Below, piece after piece: positions 20,420 through 29,812 of a stretch of 64,000 nucleotides of DNA. Position 1 is the stretch's first letter, and each line of letters opens with the position of its first letter. The notes below the pieces were generated by a model that was not told the DNA's origin, made no database searches, and worked only from the letters and a program-made list of their open reading frames with translations. Both the position numbers and the translations under genes were made by a program. The DNA lies in the NCBI GenBank assembly GCA_963768055.1, contig CAVYGN010000001.1, forward strand, positions 32,001-96,000, written 5' to 3'. The stretch is from an uncultured Spirochaetota bacterium. GTDB lineage: Bacteria > Spirochaetota > Brevinematia > Brevinematales > JAOACQ01.

Positions 20420-21796
20420 ATGCAGATTTTAAGCCAGGCTATCGCCTATATTCTCAGTTTCAAGGTTTATGTCCTGCTCCCGATAATAATATTCATTTTC
20501 GCGATGATCTTCCGCCTCAAACTCTCTTTGTCTATCAAATCGGCCTTTTTGATAGGTATAGGGTTTTTAGGGATATTCATCACGTTCGATTTTTTCGTGT
20601 CGAATATCGGTCCTGCGGTCAAGGCGCTCATAGCCCGGACAGGCCTCTCGATGAATGTGCTCGATGTGGGCTGGCCGCCGCTTGCCTCTATTGCATGGTC
20701 TTTCAGCCTTGCCCCTCTGATGATTCTTTTGATCATTTCAGTTAATATTATTATGCTTTTCTTTAAACTGACAAAGGTCGTGAACATAGATATCTGGAAT
20801 TACTGGCACTTTCTGATGGTCGGCTCGCTTGTAAGCGCGGCCACCGGCAATATATTCCTCACAATTTCCTCGATCGTCACGGCGGAAATTATAGTCTTGA
20901 AGATTGCGGAATGGGGGGCTCCGCATGTCAAGCGCTATTCAAAACTGCCCGGCGTGGCGATCACAACCCTGTCGGCGGGAGGATATTATTCCGTCGGAGC
21001 GATCGGAAACGCAATCCTTGAAAAAATACCGTTCATCAGGAGTCTGAAAGCCGATCCGGTATCTCTTAAAAATAAGCTCGGCCTTGCGGGGGAGCCGATG
21101 GTAATAGGATTTGTTCTGGGCATACTCCTGGGGGCAGGCGCCGGTTTCGGGGTAAAAACCGTCCTTGAGCTGGCTTTTTCGATTGCGGCTGTAATTGTCA
21201 TTCTGCCGGCTATGTGCGGCATCCTTACTTCGGGCCTTATTTACATTTCCGACGGGATGAAGGAATTCGTAAAAAAGAACATTCCGGACTTGGGAGAGAG
21301 CTATATGGGGCTGGATAATGCCGTCCTTATGGGCGATCCGGCCATCATCGTAAGCGGACTTCTGATGATGCCCGCCGCGCTTATACTCGCCTTTGTCCTG
21401 CCCGGCGTAAAATTCATCCCGATCGGCGATCTTCCGAATATGATAGCAATGGTTACGATGGTAGTCGTGGCGACAAACGGAAACATTGTCCGAACGTGCA
21501 TTATAGGCATTCCGATGATTATCGCTCAGCTTTATGTGGCGTCCTACATGTCGGTAACCTTTACAGAACTTGCCGCGAAAGCCCATTTTGTTTTCCGGGG
21601 ATACGACGGATTGATCACCAGCTTCATGGACGGGGGATTGCCTCTCCGGTTCTGGCTGTACAAAACCTTTTCCGGCAATATCATCGCTCTGTGCCTGATT
21701 CCGGTTATGGTCCTGGTCCTTTTTCTTACCCGGTATTTTTCAAAAAAGGAAACCGGGAAATTTTCAGGAACGGGCGGCGGCATGCATAGTGACTAG
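20420..21796 (+). CDS. PTS transporter subunit IIC, galactitol (GatC) family
   Basis: LDVGWPPLASIAW, VNIDIWNYWHF and GLDNAV motifs. Confidence 0.88.
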   Translation: MQILSQAIAYILSFKVYVLLPIIIFIFAMIFRLKLSLSIKSAFLIGIGFLGIFITFDFFVSNIGPAVKALIARTGLSMNVLDVGWPPLASIAWSFSLAPLMILLIISVNIIMLFFKLTKVVNIDIWNYWHFLMVGSLVSAATGNIFLTISSIVTAEIIVLKIAEWGAPHVKRYSKLPGVAITTLSAGGYYSVGAIGNAILEKIPFIRSLKADPVSLKNKLGLAGEPMVIGFVLGILLGAGAGFGVKTVLELAFSIAAVIVILPAMCGILTSGLIYISDGMKEFVKKNIPDLGESYMGLDNAVLMGDPAIIVSGLLMMPAALILAFVLPGVKFIPIGDLPNMIAMVTMVVVATNGNIVRTCIIGIPMIIAQLYVASYMSVTFTELAAKAHFVFRGYDGLITSFMDGGLPLRFWLYKTFSGNIIALCLIPVMVLVLFLTRYFSKKETGKFSGTGGGMHSD

Positions 21797-21815
21797 GCTG
21801 GACGCCGTGTTATTG

Positions 21816-22460
21816 TTAACCCTTTCCAAGCTGAAAATATTTTTTGGAAATAAGAAAAAACCATAATATCCAGAAAATATAACCAATATTGATAAATATG
21901 CCTGTTATTTTTGATAAAGCAATTCCCGAGAATAAATCACAACATATTAATAGAATAAAAAACGAAAGAGTTCCAATGATTGAAGTAAATTTTCCGAACC
22001 TGTTGCTCAGCAGCATTAAAATTGAGAATATCAGGCCTGCGGTCAAGATCCCGGTACGCCCGCCGGAATGAGTCAGATATAACAAGACTATTCCAAGAAA
22101 AGGTGAAATAACCGCAAAAATTGAAAATATTGCCCAGATAATATTCTTTTTCCAGAGATTATAGCAAAAGGCTATCGATATTAAACAAAAAAGTATCATA
22201 ATAGCAAAATCGATCAAATGAAGGGCCGATAACGAATCTCTCTGAACTGCTCCGAAATTAAGCTTTGAGAAAAGAATTATCCAGTTGTCATCAAAAATTT
22301 TAAGCCAATTGTTTATAAAATCAAGTTTTAAAACCAGGGATAACGAGCTGATACCTGCCAGAATAAGCAATGCCGAAATTAATGATGAGGCTATACCGAC
22401 AGATTTATAGAATCTTTTTAATCCAATCTTATCGGCCTCGTTGTTTTGTATTGCAGCCAT
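21816..22460 (-). CDS. Hypothetical integral membrane protein
   Basis: About 6 hydrophobic segments; GGAGG precedes the ATG at 22460. Confidence 0.6.
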   Translation of the reverse strand: MAAIQNNEADKIGLKRFYKSVGIASSLISALLILAGISSLSLVLKLDFINNWLKIFDDNWIILFSKLNFGAVQRDSLSALHLIDFAIMILFCLISIAFCYNLWKKNIIWAIFSIFAVISPFLGIVLLYLTHSGGRTGILTAGLIFSILMLLSNRFGKFTSIIGTLSFFILLICCDLFSGIALSKITGIFINIGYIFWILWFFLISKKYFQLGKG

Positions 22461-22517
22461 TCTAATTCCTCCGATTGAAAAATATCCCATATTTTCCGGC
22501 AATTAACTCCAGATGTC

Positions 22518-22553
22518 AAAAAAAAGAATGCCCCCCTGTACGAGGGGGATTTC
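22518..22553 (-). terminator. Intrinsic terminator
   Basis: Minus strand reads ATCCCCCTCGTACAGGGGGGCATTCTTTTTTT. Confidence 0.55.
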
Positions 22554-22661
22554 AATAAGGGCGCACGACCCGAAAACAGGCATTGCCGGCAGAAGGGTTT
22601 TCCGCACCGGCCCCCATTACTCAGGCGTTCCGGTATGCCCGCAATCCAATCCCGATGATTA

Positions 22662-22814
22662 TCAGGGTACTACAAATATTGATATTGCGCCAGTGCAATC
22701 CATCAAATACGGCTGTTCGACGCCGTTGACCCAGTAGCAGACGTAGCCGATGCCATCGTACCCACAGATATAAACATTGCCCCCGGATACAAACATCGAT
22801 TCGACATCTCCGCA
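22662..22814 (-). pseudogene. 3' remnant of a beta-propeller lipoprotein paralogous to 25381..26409
   Basis: Translates to SMFVSGGNVYICGYDGIGYVCYWVNGVEQPYLMDCTGAISIFVVP*, matching CYWINGVKQPYLTDCGGATSIFVTP*. Confidence 0.85.
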
Positions 22815-22961
22815 CAGGACATCATTGGCTGGCAGGCGAATGGCATATCGAAAGTGTTTTGATTCAAGGTATTCATAGATCTCGGGTTTGGCAAATGCCG
22901 CATCGCCTCGAAAGTACTAAGGGAGATCCCGATCACGTTAGCGGGAAACAACTGGTTCTAA
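22815..22961 (-). mobile_element. Degenerate IS1380-family transposase fragment
   Basis: Translates to LEPVVSR*RDRDLP*YFRGDAAFAKPEIYEYLESKHFRYAIRLPANDVL, the RxDxxF...YAIRLPAN DDE segment of IS1380 transposases, with two in-frame stops. Confidence 0.75.
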
Positions 22962-22977
22962 TGCTAATACCCCAAAT

Positions 22978-25150
22978 TTAATGTGAATATGCCGCCGCTG
23001 TACTGGCAATGTCAACCGCAGCGAAAACACCGTTGCCGTATGTCACTGAATACCAGCTTGCACTGCTTGGAAGCGGGGTTATTGCGGCCGTCCAATTCAT
23101 TCCGTCGGTTGAATACGCCGCCGCTGTGCTGCCTTTGTCAATTGCAACAAAAACACCGTTGCCGTATGTCACTGAAGACCAGCCTCCAACGCTTGGAAGC
23201 GGGGTTATTGCAGCCGTCCAGTTTTTACCGTCCGTTGAGAACTCCGCTGTAGATAAGGAAATCGCCACAAAAACGCCGTTGCCGTATGTCACTGATATCC
23301 AGTGTGCACTACTAGGAAGCGGGGTTATTGCGGCAGCCCATACCGACCCCGAGGGTATCCAGTACGCGTAAATGGTTGTATTCGCAGAAACAGTAGTACT
23401 TGCCGTAAACTGAGTCCCGCCGCCGTTAGGGGCGGTGTACCAGCCGTTAAAATAATAGCACAGGTATGTCGGTACCGCCGGAAGAGTCCCGACAGTGGTA
23501 GCGGGGAAGGTGACATTCTGCGGGCTTACCGAAGACCCTCCCCCGCTGTTATATGTAACCGTATATGTTATTGGAGTCCAGACCGCATAAAGCATGATAT
23601 TTGCCGCACCGATAGTGAAACTTGCCCCTATGGGGTAATTGATCCCGGTCCCGTCGGATTTCGTGTTCCAGCCGCTTAAAAAGTATCCCGAATTAAGGAG
23701 GTTTCCGGTGTTGCCTGAAACGGTGACCGTCGATCCCGGCAGATAGCTGCTGCCGTCAACCGGAACGTTCCCCAAAGCTCCGTTCGCGTTGTAGGTGACC
23801 GTATATGTCGGATTTTGTATTACATAGCTGTCAGTCACCGCATCCGAATCGTCCATTCCCGTCATGACCGCCTTTGCTATTATTGTAACGCTTGATGAAA
23901 CTAAAACAGTATTGTTCTGGTTCCAGTTCCAGGTCGTACCCCCGTCTGTCGACCATATAACGGCCGCCCCGGTTGTAGGGCATGTAAATGTGAGTGTGAA
24001 AGCCGACGAGTAAGTCCCGGACGCCGCGCTGAACGCCGGATTGGCGGTTTTTCCCGAAGTCGTATACGCATAGCTGACCATGTGTGAAGTCGTCCATCCT
24101 GCGATGTAAGCCATTGCATTAATAGTGCTCGATCCCGGCAACGTCATTACCCCGCTATAAAGTGTCGAGGATGTCGTCGGCGTTGACCCGTCCAGCGAAT
24201 AATAAATATTCGCTCCTGAAGTAGCGCTTGCGATGTTTATATATTTCGAGGTATGGTTGTCTATCAGCGTGAATACCGGGTCTATGACTATTCCCGTGAC
24301 CGTGAAAGTCTGTGTGATTATAGGCGAGGATGTCAAACCCGCCTTGAATGAGAATGCGTTTATCGTCATCGCCGAGCCCGGCGCAAGCGGTATCGCTGTG
24401 CTATAGACCTTCGACGACGTCGTAGGGGCCGATCCGTCTGTAGTATAATAAATTTTAGCCCCTGTTGTCTGGCTCTTAATCTTGATGTTTATATTAGAAA
24501 AGTAAGTCCCCTGGACAGGGCTGAAGGCCGGCGCTCCGACTGTTCCCCCCGGGACCGCCGGCTGGAAATAATATGTGCACTGGACGACCCTCGAGTCCCC
24601 CATTCCGCTTGTAACTGCGATAGCACTTACTGTCGTGGTGCCGCTGGAAAGTTTCAGGGTGCCCAGCACCGGCGATGCTTCCGTAGGCGTGCTGCCGTCC
24701 GTTGTATAATGGACTACCGATCCGGAAGTAGTGCTCTTTATCTGTATTGTTTTAGCCGTTGTATAAGTCCCGCCGACCGGGTTGAATATCGGGTCGACAG
24801 TGTATTGAACAGCCGGCAGGGCCGCTGCCTTGACTGAGCCGAAACTTCCGTTCGCCGTTGTTTTAACAGGCGATTTCGCCTGGGACTGGCCCGGCACGTC
24901 AGGCGTTTTGGGCGGCCCCCAATAAAACACCTCGCCGACCCAGTTGGCCGAGTCGTCCGCTCAGAACGACGATGCGGAAGAAGAAGTATGAGAAGTAGAA
25001 GAAGAACTGCTCCCGCCAGATGAAATTGTTCCCGCCTCCCCCTCCGCCTTGATTATTATTGCCGCCCCCGCCAAGGTTTAGTGAACAAGTATAAATGAGA
25101 ATAATGAAAGCGATTAATGAACAGGTTAAGAGAATAATTTTTTTAAATAT
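22978..25150 (-). pseudogene. Disrupted surface lipoprotein (CHB_HEX_C/Fn3-associated repeats, InlB-B/Flg_new repeats, propeller-like C-terminal repeats)
   Basis: AGGAGG is followed by ATA instead of ATG (25150), then signal FKKIILLTCSLIAFIILIYTC and a Gly/Ser linker with a frameshift near 25022. An in-frame TGA at 24963 precedes the 650-codon ORF, which carries YTTDGSTPT, GWNTKSDGTG and SVTYGNGVFVA repeats. Confidence 0.75.
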
Positions 25151-25380
25151 CGATATCCTCCTATTTTGTTAAATTCTTAATAAATTATATTAAAGGAAAT
25201 ATTATCATGCAAATAATTTAACAAAGAATAATTATTATATTGGAATATTCTTGAAAATATTTGGAAATATTTTAAATTATTAAAATAGGTTTTTACTTTC
25301 AAGGTCCGGCCAGGCCGTAGGAAAAATAAATCGACTTTACTTTTCCTTTTTCATGGACAATTGCGGCCTGCCATCTTTCT

Positions 25381-26409
25381 TCAGGGTGTTACAAATATAG
25401 ATGTTGCGCCACCGCAGTCCGTCAAATACGGCTGTTTGACGCCGTTGATCCAGTAGCAGGGATAAACGCCGTCATTCCCGGATACATAAATAGTGCTGCC
25501 CGTAACGTAGATAGAGTATGCGGTTGATCCGAGCGTTTGAGATAGAGGTGACTGTTCTTTGCCTTTGACCCAGTAACAGGCGTAGGTGTTGTTATCGTCC
25601 CCGGCGGCATAAACATTACCGCCGGATACATAGATTGACTTTGCTTCTCCGCCGGCCGACAGCACCACTATGCCGCTGGTGTTGTCGACCCAGTAGCAGG
25701 CCTGGCCGCCACCGGCGGAGTCATCGACCCCGGCGACATAGACATGGCCGCTGTCAAAGAAGATTGAGAATGCATTGTCCATGCCGCCGGCGGTGTAAGT
25801 CGTTAGGTCCTGTTCGCCAATGGCGTTGTTGACCCAGTAGCAGGCGTCCCCGCTACCATTTACCCCGGCAATATAAGAATTGCCGCCGGATACGAAGATC
25901 GAGTATGCGTAACCCCCGGTCGACAGCACCGGTTGTTTCTTGCCGTCGACCCAGTAGCAGGGCTGGCCATAGGTGCTGTCATCAATCCCGGCGACATAAA
26001 CATAGCCGCTGTCTACGAAGATTGATAATGCATTGTCATAAACGGCGGCAGTTGTCAGGACATGTTCGGTGCCGTCGACCCAGTAACAGGCCTGGTAAGC
26101 ATCATCGTACCCGGCTACATAAACATGGCCGCCGGATACGTAGATTGAGTTGGCATCTCCTAAGCCGCCGGACGTCAGCGCCGGCTGTTCGACGCCGTTG
26201 ACCCAGTAGCAGGCGTCGCCGTTGATATTATACCCGGCGATATAGACTGTCGGGCCTGAAGGAGAACTATGCGAAGATGAAGAACTTGATGAAGAACCGG
26301 ACGAAGAATTCAATTGGGATGTTATGTCATTCGGGGCGAAAAAGCTGGAGCAGGAGAAGGTTAACGCTGTCAATGCGGCAGATATAATTATCGATACTGA
26401 TCTATTCAT
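25381..26409 (-). CDS. Lipoprotein with Ser-rich linker and seven YVAG...CYWV repeats (7-bladed beta-propeller)
   Basis: Lipobox LTFSC, poly-Ser linker and seven CYW(V/I) repeats, visible in DNA as gacccagtagcag repeats. Confidence 0.8.
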   Translation of the reverse strand: MNRSVSIIISAALTALTFSCSSFFAPNDITSQLNSSSGSSSSSSSSHSSPSGPTVYIAGYNINGDACYWVNGVEQPALTSGGLGDANSIYVSGGHVYVAGYDDAYQACYWVDGTEHVLTTAAVYDNALSIFVDSGYVYVAGIDDSTYGQPCYWVDGKKQPVLSTGGYAYSIFVSGGNSYIAGVNGSGDACYWVNNAIGEQDLTTYTAGGMDNAFSIFFDSGHVYVAGVDDSAGGGQACYWVDNTSGIVVLSAGGEAKSIYVSGGNVYAAGDDNNTYACYWVKGKEQSPLSQTLGSTAYSIYVTGSTIYVSGNDGVYPCYWINGVKQPYLTDCGGATSIFVTP

Positions 26410-26427
26410 AATGTATTTTCCTCTCAT

Positions 26428-27765
26428 TTAAAATCTTATGCCTATCCCGCACATAGGGTATATATTGTGGTCGTAGAGGCTGTATCTCGCCCCGCCCTCG
26501 ATAAAGAAGTTAAGCCATGAAAATTCGACTTCTGCTATAGGGGAAAACGTTGGAGAACTTGTAAAATAAACAAACATTCCTCCGTAAACAGTCAGCTTGA
26601 AATCTCCAAACCCGATAATATCGAGGCCTATACCAGCGTTCGCGACTGGCAGAATCACGCTATTCATATATACCGCTCCGCCGAGAAGCGAAGCCCGCAG
26701 GCCGCCGATAAAATAATAATCGAGGCCGAGAGTCCCGCCGTATCCGCCCTGGAGGGCATGAACGGATACGAACAATCTCCGGGTATTGTCTTTCTTTACC
26801 TCGACCGGAGCGGTCTTCGCTATAGAGGAAAAATCAGCCGTATATGTATTTCCCTCTTCAACCCTGATAATCTTGCTGTCAAGAACCTTGCCGTCATTTT
26901 CAATGCGTATCGCATGGCTCTCTCCCGCTTTCATGTTGCTCACGGCAAGCTCGCCGTTTTTGCCGGTTTCACCGGCCATGAAATCGTCGGCGAAAACATT
27001 TATGCCCGGCGAACCGGCTTTTACGACTATAACGCCGGAGGGAGCGTAAGTGATATCCCTGTTCTCACCGTCCCTGAGCGTAATTGTATCATGGTAAACC
27101 TCGCGTCCTGTTTCCGGGATGACTATCGACACTTCGATAGGTTCTTCGGCCGGCTCTATTTCTTTAAAACCGTCCTGTCTGGTTATTTTTTTCTGAAAAT
27201 TTTTGTTTATAAGCAGGCTGTATGCCGAATCCGAGGATATCTCCACTTCAAGATTGCCCATGTACACCGGATGGCCGACGAGTTCTATTGAAATGTTGCG
27301 GATAAGCCTGTCGATCGTGTCGAATATTTCTACGCCGGCGTCCCCGGAATATTCCCTCTGCAGTTTAAGCTTGTCCGTGACAGGATCGTATATATAAACA
27401 ATTATTTCTATCGTGTTATTTTTCGCATCGACCTTGTAAGTGCCTGTAACGACCCGTTCGGCTTTTAGCGACAGGCCCATTTCGACAGCGGTTTCGATAT
27501 CCAGCTTTTTCGATTTCCAGAACTTATTCTCCGCCGCAAGTTTTTCCATAATTGCAAAGGGCGTCACCCTGACGCCGCCGATCTTTCCCAGATAGGTTAT
27601 CAGCGATTTGCTGATGACCTTATTGATGGGATCGTCCGTTTTAACGCCCTGGTTTATGAACCCGGCTACGGCGATTGTTTTGATTTCCTCGGTAAATAGG
27701 GATGATACTGATACAGATAAAATAATGGATAAAAACAGGAAAGCAATCTTGTTCGGAATGCTCAT
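26428..27765 (-). CDS. Secreted protein with FlgO/CsgG-like N-terminal domain, PEGA-like repeats and C-terminal outer-membrane beta-barrel
   Basis: Signal peptide, TIAVAGFIN...VVTGTY, amphipathic strands ending in GIGIRF. Confidence 0.6.
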   Translation of the reverse strand: MSIPNKIAFLFLSIILSVSVSSLFTEEIKTIAVAGFINQGVKTDDPINKVISKSLITYLGKIGGVRVTPFAIMEKLAAENKFWKSKKLDIETAVEMGLSLKAERVVTGTYKVDAKNNTIEIIVYIYDPVTDKLKLQREYSGDAGVEIFDTIDRLIRNISIELVGHPVYMGNLEVEISSDSAYSLLINKNFQKKITRQDGFKEIEPAEEPIEVSIVIPETGREVYHDTITLRDGENRDITYAPSGVIVVKAGSPGINVFADDFMAGETGKNGELAVSNMKAGESHAIRIENDGKVLDSKIIRVEEGNTYTADFSSIAKTAPVEVKKDNTRRLFVSVHALQGGYGGTLGLDYYFIGGLRASLLGGAVYMNSVILPVANAGIGLDIIGFGDFKLTVYGGMFVYFTSSPTFSPIAEVEFSWLNFFIEGGARYSLYDHNIYPMCGIGIRF

Positions 27766-27874
27766 ATACTCTCCTAAAAATGATAAAATATTTTGACAAA
27801 GCTTAAAATAAATACCGTTTATTGTCAATATTTTCTATATAGGTATTGACAATAATTTTAAAAGATGTTACTAT

Positions 27875-27900
27875 ATATTGACTGACTATAAAGTCAATAT
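27875..27900. promoter_or_regulatory. Palindromic operator of the downstream TetR regulator
   Basis: ATATTGACT-N8-AGTCAATAT directly after TTGACA(27846)-N17-TACTAT(27869). Confidence 0.65.
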
Positions 27901-27919
27901 AAAAACGGGGGCGGTGCTT

Positions 27920-28564
27920 ATGTCTCCGAGAACTAAAGAGGCGAATGAGCAGATCCGGAGCGGCCGCAGGGAGCAGATACTCAGGGCTGCAATGAGGGTA
28001 TTCGGCAGGAGAGGACTTGCAGCGGCTAAGATCAGCGATATAGCTTCTGAAGCCGGTTTCAGCCACGGTCTGGTTTACAATTACTTCGGGTCGAAGGATG
28101 AAATTTTCACGGAGCTGGTCAGGCGGGCAATGGATTTTTCCATTGGCATAATTTCAGCTGCAGTTCAGGCCGAAGGGTCTGCCTGGGACCGCATAAAGCG
28201 GATAACTGAAACTATAGTTAACGGAGCCTACCGGGGCGACGCCCCGTATTATTTTCTGATCATTATCCAGGCGTTCACATCCGATGCCGTTCCCCCTGAA
28301 AGCAAGGAGATTTCATCAAAGCAGTCCATTCTTTTCAATAAGTATATGGTCCCCCTGATAAGGGAAGGCCAGGAATCCGGGGAGATAGCTCCCGGCTATC
28401 CGGAGGAACTGTCGATGGCCTATTTCGCACTTATACAAGGGCTGGCAATAATGAAAATACAGGGCGGCGAATCGATGCCCGATCCGTCCCCCGATATTGT
28501 CCTGCGCCTGCTCCGCAACGGCCGTACCCCGGCCGTTGAATCAAATATAAGGAGGCTTAAATGA
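27920..28564 (+). CDS. TetR/AcrR family regulator
   Basis: RREQILRAA...ISDIASEAGFSHGLVYNYFGSKDEIF HTH. Confidence 0.92.
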   Translation: MSPRTKEANEQIRSGRREQILRAAMRVFGRRGLAAAKISDIASEAGFSHGLVYNYFGSKDEIFTELVRRAMDFSIGIISAAVQAEGSAWDRIKRITETIVNGAYRGDAPYYFLIIIQAFTSDAVPPESKEISSKQSILFNKYMVPLIREGQESGEIAPGYPEELSMAYFALIQGLAIMKIQGGESMPDPSPDIVLRLLRNGRTPAVESNIRRLK

Positions 28565-29137
28565 TAAAGAATATTATCGAATATGCGGCTATGATCTACG
28601 GGGCAATGGAAATTGCTTATGGGATAACAAGCCGGATCAGGAGCGGCAATGTTTCAAAAAATAACAAGGACAAAGGAAGCTTTGTGCTGAATCTTTTATT
28701 CTTAGGGATAGGGTTCACTATTTCTCTCGGGATTTATTTAGGGGGTTCCGGGGGCCCTGATGTTCGCCGATGCGGTTTATCCCTTTGCTGCGGGTGCGGC
28801 TATCGTCATTATAGGCTTCATTGTAAGGGCCGCTGCAATACTGACCTTAAACCGGCAATTCACATTCTCTGTTCAGATCTTCGACTCTCACAGGCTCTAT
28901 GATTCCGGGATATACCGGTATATAAGGCACCCTTCCTACCTTGGAATAATTCTCATAACAACGGGGTTCGGCCTGGCGATGAACAGCTGGATCTGCCTTG
29001 GCATCCAGGTGCTGATCAATTTTATACCCATGATCTATCGGATAAATGTCGAGGAAAAAGCCCTTATTGAAAAATTCGGGGCTTCGTATTCGGATTATAT
29101 GAAGAAGACAAAAAGGCTTGTGCCTTTTATATACTAG
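28561..29137 (+). pseudogene. Isoprenylcysteine carboxyl methyltransferase family protein, frameshifted
   Basis: The N-terminal TM part and the C-terminal GIYRYIRHPSY...RINVEE part are in different frames. Removing one G from either G5 run (28741-45 or 28750-54) joins them. Confidence 0.75.
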
Positions 29138-29173
29138 GCGGGCGATATGCCGTGATCATGAGGCGGGCGGTTT

Positions 29174-29623
29174 TCAGCCGTTTGTTTCTGCAAAAAAGAG
29201 GCTCTTCATTTCTTCCGAGGCTTTTTCCGCCCATTTCGCAGCCTTTTCCTTCTGAGCCGGGGTCAGGGTCTTATGAAAATCAGTGAATTTCTGAGTGATA
29301 AAATCCTCCAGCTCCCTGTCGAGACCGTTCATTTTTTCCCAGAGCTGGTCCAGCTTTGCCTGATCGACGGCGTCGCTTTTGACCAGGGCGGCGAAATCGT
29401 CGTTGAGCCGGATACGGTCTTCCTTCTGGGCATTCAGCTTTTGAAAGAACCCGATCGTGATCTGCCTGACGGAATTCTGCTGGTCTTTTGTCAGGTCCAG
29501 TTCCGCTATAATTCTTTGCGCTATCCAATCCGCCCTTTGTTCCATTGTAGTTGCGCATCCCGCCAAAAGCACGATCGTGAATATAAGGACAGCGGCAATC
29601 GTTCCCGATGATCTGTAAGTCAT
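29174..29623 (-). CDS. Spy/CpxP-like periplasmic lipoprotein
   Basis: Lipobox LAGC and two LTxxQ motifs (LDLTKDQ, LTPAQK). Confidence 0.75.
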   Translation of the reverse strand: MTYRSSGTIAAVLIFTIVLLAGCATTMEQRADWIAQRIIAELDLTKDQQNSVRQITIGFFQKLNAQKEDRIRLNDDFAALVKSDAVDQAKLDQLWEKMNGLDRELEDFITQKFTDFHKTLTPAQKEKAAKWAEKASEEMKSLFFAETNG

Positions 29624-29812
29624 ATGAATGCCTCCTGCTGTATTCTTACGCATTCCCCCTGCAGAATATATACCGGTTCGCAGGAAAAGTAAAGGGTCAA
29701 ACGGCAGGCAATAACGATTTTAAAAAATTAAATATTAAAATACCGGGATTTCGGTATTGAAATTCTGAAAGTTTTGCTTTATTCTATCTTAAATTATGAT
29801 TTTATGGAACAA

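Noticed and set aside
23000..23345. CRISPR-like direct repeats (cgttgccgtatgtcactga, period 120-126 bp)
   Set aside because: The periods are multiples of 3, the repeats encode protein repeats (SVTYGNGVF), and no cas genes are present.
24961..24963. TGA recoding (alternative genetic code)
   Set aside because: Many intact genes in the window end in TGA, and this gene carries other lesions.
22662..25520. DGR template/variable repeat pair (22662-22740 versus the 3' end of the propeller gene)
   Set aside because: Mismatches include C/T and other non-adenine changes in both directions, and there is no reverse transcriptase in the window. It is better explained as a paralogue remnant.
25440..26220. 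Regularly spaced gacccagtagcag repeats
   Set aside because: They are coding repeats of beta-propeller blades (CYWV).
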